A stretch of 64,000 nt of DNA from Candidatus Uhrbacteria bacterium (GTDB taxonomy: Bacteria > Patescibacteriota > Patescibacteriia > 2-12-FULL-60-25), in assembly GCA_030649995.1 (NCBI GenBank), contig JAUSEV010000034.1, forward strand, positions 19,482-83,481. Reading direction: 5' to 3'. A model generated the notes under the pieces. The model searched no databases, was not told the origin of the DNA, and saw only the letters and a list, made by a program, of their open reading frames with translations. The position numbers and the translations under genes are program-made. Below are positions 35,783 through 46,242 of the stretch, piece after piece (the stretch's first letter is position 1; each line of letters opens with the position of its first letter).

Positions 35783-37270
35783 TCAAGAAAAGTTTAGCAC
35801 AGGAATCTTCTTTCCCACAAGCTCCCCTGTCAAGACCCATGCTTTGGCATCCGTCACCCGGACATGAACGATCTGACCGACCAATCCGGCTTCCCCCTGA
35901 TAAGGGGGATCGAGGGGGTTTTTCGGAAGAGGAAACCGCACCAACTTCATCTCTCGTGAATTGCCGATGGCAAAGCCGTGATCGATCCGATCCACCAAGA
36001 CCGACACAGTCTGACCTATGAGTGCCTGATTTTTCTTGAGAGTGATGTCCTCCATGAGTGCCTGCAAATCATCCCAGCGTTCGCGTTTTTCTTCTTTTGG
36101 AATGTCATCTTGATAGAGCTTGACGCCGAGGGTTCCTGATCGAGGAGAATATTGCGCGTTGTAGGACACATCAAATTCCACCTCTCGATAGAGAGATAGC
36201 GTTTCCGCAAACTGCTCACGCGTCTCACCTGGAAAACCCACGATAATATCCGTGCCGAGAGCGATACCCGGTCGCGCCGCTTTGATCTTGGCGATTTTTT
36301 CTAGATATTGCTCGCGCGTGTATTTGCGATTCATGCGCCTCAACACATCATTACTCCCCGATTGCACCGGCAGATGAAGATAGTTGACCTGTTTGGGTAA
36401 GGCGAGCGCGGCAATAACCTCATCACTCATCGAAAGCGGATGCGCCGCAGTCCAATGCAACCGTTCCAATCCGTCGAGTTGATTGAGTTCCCACAAAAGA
36501 GCGGCGAAGTGATCTCCATTTGTCATCCTCGGGCGAGGCTCTGCGAGACCCGGGGATCCATCCGATGGATTCCTGCCTCCGCAGGAATGACAAAAAGGGT
36601 TCTCCGACGAAAAATTTTCCGGATCACTTGTGCGAAACGAATTGACGGTTTGACCGAGGAGGGTAATTTCGATGATGCCGTGCGCCACGAGTTCGCGACA
36701 TTCTTGCAAAATATCCGCTACTGACCGATTCCGTTCAAGTCCTCGCGCGTACGGCACCACGCAATAGGTGCAAAACTTGTTGCAGCCGGTTTGAATGGTG
36801 ACATACGCTTGAACCGATGGCGCGCGCAACGGATGAATTTTGAGATAATCACTTTCGAGATCGGTCGAATTAACCAAATCAGGACGTAACTCCGCGATCC
36901 ATTTTGGTAGATGCACCATGTCCGGCGTGGGGAAATACAAATCCGTCGCCGGCAAACGTTTTTGGAATTCGCGCGCCTTGTCCCGCCCGGGCATGCACCC
37001 TGTGACGGCCACAATCATATTCGGTTTTTCCTTTTTGTATTCCAGATATTTTTCTTGCGAGCCATACACGCGATTCTCGGCGGATTGACGCACGCTGCAT
37101 GTGTTGATCACGATCAGATCGGCTCGCGACTCATCCTCTGTCGAAACAAAACCAAGCGACGACAAAAGCCCGGCGATCCGCTCGCTATCATTCTTATTCA
37201 TCTGGCAACCATAGGTGGTGATGGAGAAAGTTGGTGATGGCATGCTTTTATGGTTTAATGATAAGCTCAT
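35783..37270 (-). CDS. miaB: tRNA-2-methylthio-N6-dimethylallyladenosine synthase
   Basis: TYGCQMNKNDSE, radical-SAM CNKFCTYCVVP, C-terminal TRAM domain. Carries a 72-nt MITE in frame. Confidence 0.9.
   Translation of the reverse strand: MSLSLNHKSMPSPTFSITTYGCQMNKNDSERIAGLLSSLGFVSTEDESRADLIVINTCSVRQSAENRVYGSQEKYLEYKKEKPNMIVAVTGCMPGRDKAREFQKRLPATDLYFPTPDMVHLPKWIAELRPDLVNSTDLESDYLKIHPLRAPSVQAYVTIQTGCNKFCTYCVVPYARGLERNRSVADILQECRELVAHGIIEITLLGQTVNSFRTSDPENFSSENPFCHSCGGRNPSDGSPGLAEPRPRMTNGDHFAALLWELNQLDGLERLHWTAAHPLSMSDEVIAALALPKQVNYLHLPVQSGSNDVLRRMNRKYTREQYLEKIAKIKAARPGIALGTDIIVGFPGETREQFAETLSLYREVEFDVSYNAQYSPRSGTLGVKLYQDDIPKEEKRERWDDLQALMEDITLKKNQALIGQTVSVLVDRIDHGFAIGNSREMKLVRFPLPKNPLDPPYQGEAGLVGQIVHVRVTDAKAWVLTGELVGKKIPVLNFS
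36520..36591. mobile_element. 72-nt TGTCAT..ATGACA MITE inserted in frame in miaB
   Basis: TGTCATCCTCGGGCGAGG..CCTGCCTCCGCAGGAATGACA. Encodes CHSCGGRNPSDGSPGLAEPRPRMT. Confidence 0.7.
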
Positions 37271-37299
37271 GGTGAGTTTCTTTCAAAATTTCGCTCTGT

Positions 37300-37389
37300 T
37301 GTCATCCTGAACGGAGTTTGACGCAGTGAAGGATCTTCGACCGTCGGAAGGAGGATTCTTCGCTCTGCTGCGCGCCGCTCAGAATGACA
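37300..37389. mobile_element. TGTCAT..ATGACA MITE (intergenic)
   Basis: TGTCATCCTGAACGG..GCTCAGAATGACA. Confidence 0.6.
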
Positions 37390-37446
37390 TAAGGACGAAA
37401 CTCGCTATGAGTTCAATACTATCAACTATTCATTATTAACTGTTTT

Positions 37447-37620
37447 ATGTCCACTCCCCTTTCCCCCGAGGCCAAAAAGAAAATTCTTGCGGCTTATAAA
37501 AAATTTCAAACGTCCCTCAAAAAAATCACCAAACAACATCGGGCAACGGTCAAAAAAATTATTGAGCAACTCGATCAAAATCACGCGGAACGCTTGCGAA
37601 AGCAATTGAAGAAAAATTAA
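37447..37620 (+). CDS. Possible small K-rich helical protein (57 aa)
   Basis: ATG-initiated ORF convergent with eno. No clear RBS. Confidence 0.3.
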   Translation: MSTPLSPEAKKKILAAYKKFQTSLKKITKQHRATVKKIIEQLDQNHAERLRKQLKKN

Positions 37621-38873
37621 AGCTCCCCTTCTATCGCCAGCAACCGATTATATTTTTCCACGCGCTCGGATCGTGAGAGTGATCCGGTTTTGATATATTT
37701 TGAACCGCAGGCCACGGCAAGGTCAGCGATGGTCGTGTCTGATGTCTCGCCCGAACGATGTGAAATGGACGTTTCCCAGCCGGCCTCGTGAGCCATCACA
37801 ATCGCCTCGACCGTTTCCGTGAGCGTGCCAATCTGATTTGGTTTGATGAGAATCGCGTTCGCGGCGCGCTCTTTGATCGCTCTTTGCAATCGAGTGACGT
37901 TGGTGACCAAAAAATCATCACCCACGATCACCGATTTCTTTTTCAAAACCGGCAACGCCTTTTTCCACGCCCCCCAATCATCTTCTGCAAACGGATCCTC
38001 GATGGATTCAAACGGGTATTTTTTTTGCCACATTTGGTAACGCGCCAAAAGCTCGTCGGACGTATAATTTTTTCCATCAACTTTCATGCGATAGAGTTTT
38101 TCCTTGCGATCGTAAAATTCCGAAGCGGCCACATCCGTTGCCAGATTGATGTCCTTGCCCGGACGATATCCGGCTTTGCGGATGGCTGTGATCAACAGAT
38201 CAAACGAAGCTTCCGCATTGGGCAATTTCGGCGCGAACCCGCCCTCATCGCCGACCGTTTCCGCAAACCCTTTATCTTTCAAAATTTTCTTCAAAGCCTG
38301 AAACGTTTCCGCTCCGGCGCGTAACCGCTCGGCAAACGTCCGCTGCTTTGGCACGATCATACACTCTTGAATATCCATGACCCAACCCGCGTGCGCTCCC
38401 CCATTCAGCACGTTCATGGTGGCAATGGGGAGCCGAGGTTGACGAGGAAAATGGAATGTCGAACGCAAAGATTTCCATAAAGGCATTCGATGGGCGAGCG
38501 CATTTGCCTGCGCGCAAGCCAGTGAAACCGAAAGCATGGCGTTTGCTCCCAATGAAGATTTGTTCGGCGTGCCATCAAGCTCGATCATCACGTGATCGAT
38601 GTCCTGTTGCCGCGAAACATCGATTCCTTTCAGAAGCGGCGCAATGCGATCGTTCACATGAGCAACCGCTTTCAAAACACCTTTCCCTCCATAGCGTTTT
38701 CCTCCATCGCGCAGCTCCAGCGCTTCATGCGTTCCTGTGGAAGCACCCGAAGGAACCTTCGCTTCCGAGCAAACACCCGAACCGAGGGTAACGCAACAAG
38801 CCACCGTCGGATTCCCACGTGAGTCAAGAATTTCTCGAGCGACAATAGCGACAATTTTATTTTTGTTGAACAT
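37617..38873 (-). CDS. eno: Enolase
   Basis: ILDSRGNPTV near the N-terminus, SHRSGETSDTTIADLAV. Confidence 0.97.
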   Translation of the reverse strand: MFNKNKIVAIVAREILDSRGNPTVACCVTLGSGVCSEAKVPSGASTGTHEALELRDGGKRYGGKGVLKAVAHVNDRIAPLLKGIDVSRQQDIDHVMIELDGTPNKSSLGANAMLSVSLACAQANALAHRMPLWKSLRSTFHFPRQPRLPIATMNVLNGGAHAGWVMDIQECMIVPKQRTFAERLRAGAETFQALKKILKDKGFAETVGDEGGFAPKLPNAEASFDLLITAIRKAGYRPGKDINLATDVAASEFYDRKEKLYRMKVDGKNYTSDELLARYQMWQKKYPFESIEDPFAEDDWGAWKKALPVLKKKSVIVGDDFLVTNVTRLQRAIKERAANAILIKPNQIGTLTETVEAIVMAHEAGWETSISHRSGETSDTTIADLAVACGSKYIKTGSLSRSERVEKYNRLLAIEGEL

Positions 38874-38883
38874 AGAAATCCTC

Positions 38884-38999
38884 TGTCATTCCCCTCTGTC
38901 ATTCCCGCGAAGGCGGGAATCTAGCGTGCGAAAGCACAAAATAAATAAAGTGTTCTTCTGATTTGTTTGAGCTGGATCCCCGCCTTCGCGGGGATGACA
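38884..38999. mobile_element. TGTCAT..ATGACA MITE (TGTCATTCCCGCGAAGGCGGGAATC..GGATCCCCGCCTTCGCGGGGATGACA)
   Basis: Paired terminal hairpins with an extra TGTCATTCCCC half-site at 38884. Confidence 0.6.
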
Positions 39000-39004
39000 A
39001 AAAA

Positions 39005-39784
39005 CTACCGAATCTCGAACGTCACGGACACGCGAGAAATCACATCAAGAGATCCCGGTTGAATGTCTGGTGCCGTACCACCTCCACCCAACCCAGTTGC
39101 TTCGGCTTTATACATATAGGGAAATGGTTGGATCATGGGATTGGATGATTCGGCAAATGTCACCACGCGTTCAACCTTGACCCCCAATGCATCGGCCAAC
39201 TCCTGCGCCTTGTTGCGCGCGTCTTGCAAAGCTTTTTTCCGCGCTTCTTGCTTGAGTTCGGTCGGATCATCAATCGTAAAACTCACTCCGTTAACCTGAT
39301 TCGTGCCAAGTTGCCCTGCTTTGGCCAACACGGCGCTCAATTTGGAAAGATCGCGCACCTTCAAATTCAAATTCTGTGAAATCATATATCCAACCACATT
39401 TTGCGATCCATCCTTATACTCAAACTTTGGAGAGATCGTGTAGTTGCTGGTTTGAAGATCGGCCTCGGCAATCCCCAAACCTTTCATGGCGGCGATGATC
39501 GCGTTCACCTTTTGACTATTCTGATTTTGCAACTCCGGCACATCTTTTCCCTCCATAAACATCCCAAGATCAATTTGCGCAAGCGTCGGTTTCCCCGTTA
39601 CCTTGCCCTCCCCGTCCATCGTAATAGTGTCTCGCGATCGAGGAGCGTGACCGATCTGATCGTGCTCACCGAACGCGTTCCATGCTTTAAAGCCCACAAG
39701 AAAAATAAAAGCGATGCACAAAAGCGCGAGCAAAGCCGTAAATAATCGGTTTTCCTTCCAATCCGGCCAAAAAGAAGAGTTCAT
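39005..39784 (-). CDS. SIMPL/DUF541-domain protein
   Basis: N-terminal TM helix. ITMDGEGKV..QNLNLKVRDL..FTIDDPTELKQEARKKALQDARNKA pattern. Confidence 0.7.
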   Translation of the reverse strand: MNSSFWPDWKENRLFTALLALLCIAFIFLVGFKAWNAFGEHDQIGHAPRSRDTITMDGEGKVTGKPTLAQIDLGMFMEGKDVPELQNQNSQKVNAIIAAMKGLGIAEADLQTSNYTISPKFEYKDGSQNVVGYMISQNLNLKVRDLSKLSAVLAKAGQLGTNQVNGVSFTIDDPTELKQEARKKALQDARNKAQELADALGVKVERVVTFAESSNPMIQPFPYMYKAEATGLGGGGTAPDIQPGSLDVISRVSVTFEIR

Positions 39785-39889
39785 AAGATAAAGAAGAATG
39801 AAGAATGAAGAATAAAGAATGAAGAAAAGTGACTAAGAATAGGATAACGCAAAAACACGCAGGGAGCAAAATACTTCTCTCCTGATTAT

Positions 39890-41752
39890 TTAAACCGCTT
39901 TCTTGGATTCGACCTCTGGCAACACGTTTTTGATATTCGCCGGCGGCAAGCCAACGACTTGAGCTAATTCATCACGCTCGATCGTTTCATTTTTTATGAG
40001 ATAGTCTGCCATTGCATCCATGGCCGGTTTATGGTCAGCGATGATGCGCGTCGCCGTCTCCAAGGCCTGTTTGATCAACGCGTCAACTTCTTGATCGATG
40101 ATCTCCGCTTTTGATTCGGAATAATCGCGACTCTCGGTGATTTCGCGACCCAAGAAAATCATATCTTGCCGTTCGCCATACACGCGCGGCCCCAACTTTT
40201 CCGACATCCCCCATTGCGTCACCATATTCTGAACGAGTTTGGTGGCCTGTTGCATATCGCTCGACGCGCCGGTCGTAATATCGCCAAAAAATATTTTTTC
40301 CGCCGCGTAACCGCCCAACATCACGGCCAAATCTTCCGCGTATTCTGTCCGATTGCGCATGTGCTTATCCTCTGTGGGCAACTTGATAGTGTAACCGGCC
40401 GCTCGCCCGCGGCTGATGATGGAAACTTTTTGCACCGGATCCGCGTGAGGCAAAAGATGCGCCACAAGCGCGTGGCCGCCTTCATGATACGCCGTAATCT
40501 TTCGCTCCTCCTCATTCATCATGTGGCTCTTTCTTTCGGGCCCAAGCATCACCTTTTCAATGGATTCGATGAGATCTGTCATAAAAACCTCCGTTCGATC
40601 CCGTCGCGCCGCTAAAATCGCCGCCTCGTTCATTAAGTTGGCCAAGTCGGCGCCGGAAAATCCGGGCGTTCTTTGCGCCAAACGCTGCAAATCCACATCC
40701 TTCGCGAGCGGTTTGTTAATCGCGTGAATCGTTAAAATTTCTTCGCGATCTCGAATATCCGGCGGATCCAGAATCACGCGACGGTCAAAACGACCCGGAC
40801 GCAACAGCGCCGGATCAAGCACATCCGGACGATTAGTGGCGGCAATAACAATCACGCCGAGATTAGGTTCAAACCCATCCATCTCCACCAAAATTTGGTT
40901 CAACGTCTGTTCGCGCTCGTCATGCGAACCGCCAAGACCGGCACCGCGTTGCCGACCGACCGCGTCGATCTCATCGATAAACATGATGCAAGGAGCGTTC
41001 TTTTTAGCTTTGGCAAAAAGATCGCGCACGCGAGAAGCGCCGACACCCACAAACATCTCGACAAATTCCGAACCGCTGATGTGAAAAAACGGCACATCCG
41101 CCTCTCCGGCCACGGCTCGCGCGAGCAACGTCTTACCTGTTCCGGGCGATCCCATGAGCAACACCCCTTTGGGAATCTTGGCTCCCAATTTGGAAAATTT
41201 ATCCGGACTCCTTAAAAACTCCACCACTTCCAAAAGCTCACTCTTGGCCTCTTTGACGCCTGCCACGTCTTTGAAAGTGATTTTGTCTTTTACGCCTTTT
41301 GGCGTCTCGCGCGCCGTGGATTGTCCGAATGACATGGCGCGATTGTTTTGTCCCTGCACCTGTCGAAAAAAGAAAAACATGAGTCCAAAAATAAGAAGAA
41401 ACGGGATGATCGTCGGCAAGATAACGCTCGTCCAATAGCCAAAGCCTGACGGTTCTTTGACTTCCGTCTTAATGCCGCGAGCCTTGTCCGTATCAATGCC
41501 GTAATTTTTGAACAGTTCAGACAAAGACTCGTTTGATTCTTTATCCACCGTCGCTTTTGTATTATCCGTCATCACCACTTCCAATTTTTGGCCGCGAATC
41601 ACGATCTCTTTGACCTTGCCCTCTTGGACACGCGAAACGAACGTACCCAAATCCAGTTTCTTCGGCTCTTCCAAATTGATAAAAGATAACGCCCCGCCAA
41701 CAAGCAAAATCATGGCGATCACAAGCACAATATTTCGTACAGTAGTATTCAT
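39890..41752 (-). CDS. ftsH: ATP-dependent zinc metalloprotease FtsH
   Basis: [18 protein letters not shown] Walker A, AAA SRH region, HEGGHAL zinc motif. Confidence 0.97.
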   Translation of the reverse strand: MNTTVRNIVLVIAMILLVGGALSFINLEEPKKLDLGTFVSRVQEGKVKEIVIRGQKLEVVMTDNTKATVDKESNESLSELFKNYGIDTDKARGIKTEVKEPSGFGYWTSVILPTIIPFLLIFGLMFFFFRQVQGQNNRAMSFGQSTARETPKGVKDKITFKDVAGVKEAKSELLEVVEFLRSPDKFSKLGAKIPKGVLLMGSPGTGKTLLARAVAGEADVPFFHISGSEFVEMFVGVGASRVRDLFAKAKKNAPCIMFIDEIDAVGRQRGAGLGGSHDEREQTLNQILVEMDGFEPNLGVIVIAATNRPDVLDPALLRPGRFDRRVILDPPDIRDREEILTIHAINKPLAKDVDLQRLAQRTPGFSGADLANLMNEAAILAARRDRTEVFMTDLIESIEKVMLGPERKSHMMNEEERKITAYHEGGHALVAHLLPHADPVQKVSIISRGRAAGYTIKLPTEDKHMRNRTEYAEDLAVMLGGYAAEKIFFGDITTGASSDMQQATKLVQNMVTQWGMSEKLGPRVYGERQDMIFLGREITESRDYSESKAEIIDQEVDALIKQALETATRIIADHKPAMDAMADYLIKNETIERDELAQVVGLPPANIKNVLPEVESKKAV

Positions 41753-41788
41753 GCAAGTTGTGAGTTACTGATTACTAGTTACGAGTTA

Positions 41789-42910
41789 CTAGTTACTAGC
41801 TCCTTCTTCACCCGTCCCCTCTTCTTTTGCCTTACGCAACGACAGTCCCAAACGATGATTTTCCGGATCGATATTGATAATACGAAACTCCAACTCATCT
41901 CCCATGTGCGCGATTTCGTTAACATCCTTGACCGGTTTGGCCGCCAATTCGCTGATGTGGGCTAAACCGTGAATATCCGGATCAAGCTCAACAAACAAAC
42001 CAAAAGGATTGATTTTGAGCACGCGGCCCTTGACCCACTGATTCACCTGATACTTTTGCGCGACGCCTTTCCACGGATCATCAATCAATTTTTTCATGGA
42101 CAAAAAAATCTTTGAACCCTCAACGTTGATCACTTCCGCTCGAACATGATCGCCAACCTTAAGCACATCGTGCGGATGGTCAATGCGTTGCCAAGCAATT
42201 TCCGAAATGTGAACCAGTCCTTCCAAATTTTGATCAAAACGAATGAATGCGCCGAAATCGGTCACGGCCGTCACATCGCCTTCCACTCGATCCCCGACTT
42301 TATACTTGGCGAGAACGGATTCTTGCTTGGTTTCCCACACGGCTTTCTCTGACACAACGATTTTTTCTTCTTCTTCGCTCACGTCCAAAATCTTTACCTC
42401 CATGGTGGCACCAACCAATGTTTTTAATTTTTCATGAATCTTGGCTTTTTCTCCGCCGGACACGCGCGGATAGTGGTTGGGGGAAAGTTGGGAAACGGGA
42501 ATAAAGGCCGGGACATTTTCCACGCGAGTGATGAGCCCCCCCTTGTTCGCATCTAAAATTTTGACGCTCAATACCGTAGCTTTCGTCAACAATTCCTTAA
42601 TTTTATCCCAAGAACGCTTGCGACCGGCACCCTTTAACGATAATTCCAATTCTCCAAATTCATTATCGAGTTCGACGACGGTTGCTTCCACCTCGTCCCC
42701 AACTCGCAAATCGATATTTTTATCCAATTCCGGCCCGCGAACGAGTCCGATGGCCAAACCGCCGATATCGCATCGTACTTCATTTCGCCCGACCGCGATC
42801 ACCGTACCATGCACCACGTCCCCCACTTTTGGGAAAGCGACCTGCGTATCATCCGTAAAAAGCGCTGACATGTTTCCTCCAACCCGTTCCTTAACCGTAT
42901 CGTTTGTCAT
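41789..42910 (-). CDS. rpsA: Ribosomal protein S1-like protein (four S1 domains)
   Basis: Four repeats of the GxxVxGxV..GAFV/GLFV S1 pattern. Confidence 0.8.
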   Translation of the reverse strand: MTNDTVKERVGGNMSALFTDDTQVAFPKVGDVVHGTVIAVGRNEVRCDIGGLAIGLVRGPELDKNIDLRVGDEVEATVVELDNEFGELELSLKGAGRKRSWDKIKELLTKATVLSVKILDANKGGLITRVENVPAFIPVSQLSPNHYPRVSGGEKAKIHEKLKTLVGATMEVKILDVSEEEEKIVVSEKAVWETKQESVLAKYKVGDRVEGDVTAVTDFGAFIRFDQNLEGLVHISEIAWQRIDHPHDVLKVGDHVRAEVINVEGSKIFLSMKKLIDDPWKGVAQKYQVNQWVKGRVLKINPFGLFVELDPDIHGLAHISELAAKPVKDVNEIAHMGDELEFRIINIDPENHRLGLSLRKAKEEGTGEEGASN

Positions 42911-43088
42911 AACAAAGACCCCTGATAAACCGCCCCCTAAAACGAGGGAGCAGCCTCATCGCTGAAGGTAAAAATCCACAGACCGATGAGCTTAATGAGA
43001 AGTAGATGGAGGGTACCGAACCTGACCCTCTTCGTCAAGAGCCTAAAACCAAACCCCCGCCAAATGGCGGGGGTTATTTTTATTTTTG

Positions 43089-45980
43089 TTACTTTTTATT
43101 GACTCCGAGCGTCGCCGTCCATACTTCTTGTCCGTGGGCGTCCACGAGACGAACCGCGTATTCGAAGGAAGATTTAAAATAAGCGGCACTCGTATAACTG
43201 CACGCATCAGACGCACAGCTCGCGACTTTTGATCCGTTCACGAAGATGTCCAAGCGATCAACGCCAACCGGTGACCATCCGTGGCCTACCAGTTGTATTT
43301 TGTCGCCATAGGCATATCCGTTTGGATGATCGTTGGTCACGCTCACGTATGGCCCCGGCTGATTGATGGGTTCCCAAGAACGTTTGATGGTGATGAAGCG
43401 TGGTTCCGACCACATCACTTGACCGGAAGCGTCCGTAATACGCGCGTTCACGGATGCCATGTGACCCTGACTGTAATCATAGGTCAGGATGGTGTAGGTA
43501 CACTCCTTATTGCCGGTGAGGGTCGTCGGCAAACAGGTGCGTCGCACAACTCCATCCACCAACATTTCGATTTTGACAATCCCTTTTGGCGACCAACTGC
43601 CCACGCTATAATCCGCGGTTTGTCCTTCGGACAATTCCGCCACTTGAGGTGCGAGCCACGACCAGACGCTCATCCCGTTGCTCGCCGAAGCGGCAACGAC
43701 GGATGTGGACGTGCGAACCGTAACGGACTTCACGTTGCTCCATATTTCGTGACCGGCTCCATCAATGGCGCGGGCCATAATGGTGAGGGTGGATCCTTGT
43801 ACATAGGTGGAAGTATCAATCGTCGCATTACAGATGGCCGTATCAACGACCGCCCCAAACGTACACGCACTCAACACGGAACCGTTCAGGTACAACTCAA
43901 CGCGAGCCAGACCCAATATATTATTTTGAGATTGACTGTGAACTTTTACGATCCCGCCGCGAACAATTTCTGAAACGTTCGGATCAACCGTAACGGTGGA
44001 GCGGAAAACCGGACCAACGGGGGTCACAAAAGCTTGTTCCGGAGAAGAAGCGCTCGCGATGCTGACGGCAGAAGTGTCGCGACGCACGCGTGTTCCGGCG
44101 GTCCAGGCATTCTTGCCTTTGGCATCTTGCACGTTCGCGTTCATGAACACTTCGGTTCCATACGGATAGTCGCTGCCAACCAAGATCACGGCGCATAAAT
44201 TTGTTGCTTTGGAACCGCCAAGCAAACAGGTGCGTGCCACCGTGCCGTTGACCCACACATCAATTTTGGACAATCCATCCGCATCATTGGCTGCCACGGC
44301 GTAGACCATTTTGCCTCCGGTCGCGAGCAAGGTTTGATTCGGTTCGGTCCATGTCGCCCAACGAATACCGGAGAGACGGTCGTTATTCCAAACTTGACCG
44401 GCTGGCACACGATCCGGAAGAATCGGTTCGGCACCGGTCGTGCCGACGAGAGCGCCACTCGCTCCTGAATTCACATCCACCAAAAGATTAATTTTTTGAC
44501 TTTCGTTCGCGTATCCTTGCTTATCAATGGCGTGAGCATACATCTCCACCTTGCGAGACGTGGCGCCATTGGTCCAATAGGTTTGGGTGTATTCGCAAGC
44601 ATTCCCCGGACAAGATTTTACTCGTCCGCCATTCACATAAACATCAATGCGTGCCACGCCATCCGCATCATCGGCCACGGCTCGCAACGTCAAACGGCGG
44701 CCATTACCGATACGGGCATCAGCCGGATCCGTTGAGATCGTCACGGTCGGACCGTACACGGAAGACAAAATTTCCGACACGGATCCGCTCACGAGCGGAA
44801 CCACCGTCTCCGAAGCCGTCAAATCTTCGTTCACGAGCGCGAGCTGCGCCATGAGCGGTTTGATGGCAGATTCATGATCTTGATCAGACAAAGCTCCACC
44901 CAAGACAAAGCGACCGGCGCCATCCGAGGAAATCACTTGAAAAGCGTCGCGCGTATTCCCCATGCTCGTCATGCGAACTCCGTCAAAACGCACCTGCTTT
45001 TTTCCGGCCAAGATCATCCACGAACGACCGTTCCACGCGGCGCGAAGTTCGCGCGCATCAACAGACAGTAAACCCATCTGCAAAGCGGAAACGGAAAGAT
45101 CACGCCAATTCGCCCCATCAAACAACCACAAATGATCGGCGGCAAACGGATTGCTTACGGCATCGCTTGTGGCAACAAGCACGCCGCTTGGACTCGTCCA
45201 CACACCGCTGATAAATTTTACCTTTGGCATTTGCGAAACAGCCGTAAAAGTTCCACCATCCATTTTCCACAAAGAAGCTTTTGCCGTTTGTGTGATCGTG
45301 CCATTTGCGCCGCGCGCCTCGCTCGAACCACCGATAAAATACCAAGCGCCGTTCAGATACACCGGCATATTTACGCCCGTGCACAATTTGGAACCGTCAA
45401 GATACGCAAAGCATCCGGACGAAACGGAAGGAATCGTCGAAGGCATGGCGACGTGTGTAGGATTGGAATAGGTTCCGTTCCAATGCCACAGATCCCATGA
45501 TCCGGGTTCCGAGGCTGTTGCCTTGTGATACGTACGCACATACCACACACCATCATTTCCCACGGCGTCGATGCCTCCGTCAGGAGTCGGAAATTTTCCG
45601 GCAACATCGGTCCACGTTTGACCGTCGGTCAACCACAATTGAAAATCCTTTTGATCGAGCGGCCGGTAAGACACGAGCCACTGACGATGATCGGAAAAAA
45701 TTCCGGATACGGCTGGCATGTTGCGATCGCGAAGAGCGCGAGTCATATCAATAACCGTCGTGCCATCATAATGGTACGCATGGACTCCATCAGAGACCAA
45801 CCAATCATTTTGACGCGCCGCAATCATACTTACCGCAACGCCATCGCGATACGGCAGAAGCGCGGAATGGTCAGACCAACTCCACACACCGGAAGTGGCG
45901 ATCACCGGAGCGCTTAAAAGAGCCATGGCAATCAGCCCGTAAACGGCGCGCGTAATAGACGTTCGATATTTGTTGAACAT
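43089..45980 (-). CDS. Large secreted protein: N-terminal beta-rich region plus ~6 Ig-like modules with a conserved Cys pair
   Basis: Signal peptide. Repeated (I/V)D(V/I)(Y/W/F)VNG..C....C.Y modules. Confidence 0.65.
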   Translation of the reverse strand: MFNKYRTSITRAVYGLIAMALLSAPVIATSGVWSWSDHSALLPYRDGVAVSMIAARQNDWLVSDGVHAYHYDGTTVIDMTRALRDRNMPAVSGIFSDHRQWLVSYRPLDQKDFQLWLTDGQTWTDVAGKFPTPDGGIDAVGNDGVWYVRTYHKATASEPGSWDLWHWNGTYSNPTHVAMPSTIPSVSSGCFAYLDGSKLCTGVNMPVYLNGAWYFIGGSSEARGANGTITQTAKASLWKMDGGTFTAVSQMPKVKFISGVWTSPSGVLVATSDAVSNPFAADHLWLFDGANWRDLSVSALQMGLLSVDARELRAAWNGRSWMILAGKKQVRFDGVRMTSMGNTRDAFQVISSDGAGRFVLGGALSDQDHESAIKPLMAQLALVNEDLTASETVVPLVSGSVSEILSSVYGPTVTISTDPADARIGNGRRLTLRAVADDADGVARIDVYVNGGRVKSCPGNACEYTQTYWTNGATSRKVEMYAHAIDKQGYANESQKINLLVDVNSGASGALVGTTGAEPILPDRVPAGQVWNNDRLSGIRWATWTEPNQTLLATGGKMVYAVAANDADGLSKIDVWVNGTVARTCLLGGSKATNLCAVILVGSDYPYGTEVFMNANVQDAKGKNAWTAGTRVRRDTSAVSIASASSPEQAFVTPVGPVFRSTVTVDPNVSEIVRGGIVKVHSQSQNNILGLARVELYLNGSVLSACTFGAVVDTAICNATIDTSTYVQGSTLTIMARAIDGAGHEIWSNVKSVTVRTSTSVVAASASNGMSVWSWLAPQVAELSEGQTADYSVGSWSPKGIVKIEMLVDGVVRRTCLPTTLTGNKECTYTILTYDYSQGHMASVNARITDASGQVMWSEPRFITIKRSWEPINQPGPYVSVTNDHPNGYAYGDKIQLVGHGWSPVGVDRLDIFVNGSKVASCASDACSYTSAAYFKSSFEYAVRLVDAHGQEVWTATLGVNKK

Positions 45981-46147
45981 AGTTTTGTCGTTATTTTACA
46001 AGAAAAAATGATTTAATTCCCATTTCAGGAACTAGAATTTATACCATAAAAGACGGTTTATGTCAATGGGCTATCGCTCAGTCTCAATAAAACAGGAAAT
46101 AAGGAAATTTAGCTTAAACTAAACAAATTATTCGTATTTTCGTATAA

Positions 46148-46164
46148 ATTCGTAATTTCGTAGG
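46148..46164. repeat. Junction motif J3 (ATTCGTAATTTCGTAGG)
   Basis: Directly follows the terminator hairpin 46175-46207 and its T-run on the minus strand. Confidence 0.75.
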
Positions 46165-46242
46165 CACAAAAAAACGCCTCGTCATGGTTGTGAGCCATGG
46201 CGAGGCGCGGTTGAAGCGAAGGTACGAAGGCGAGGAGGGGCT

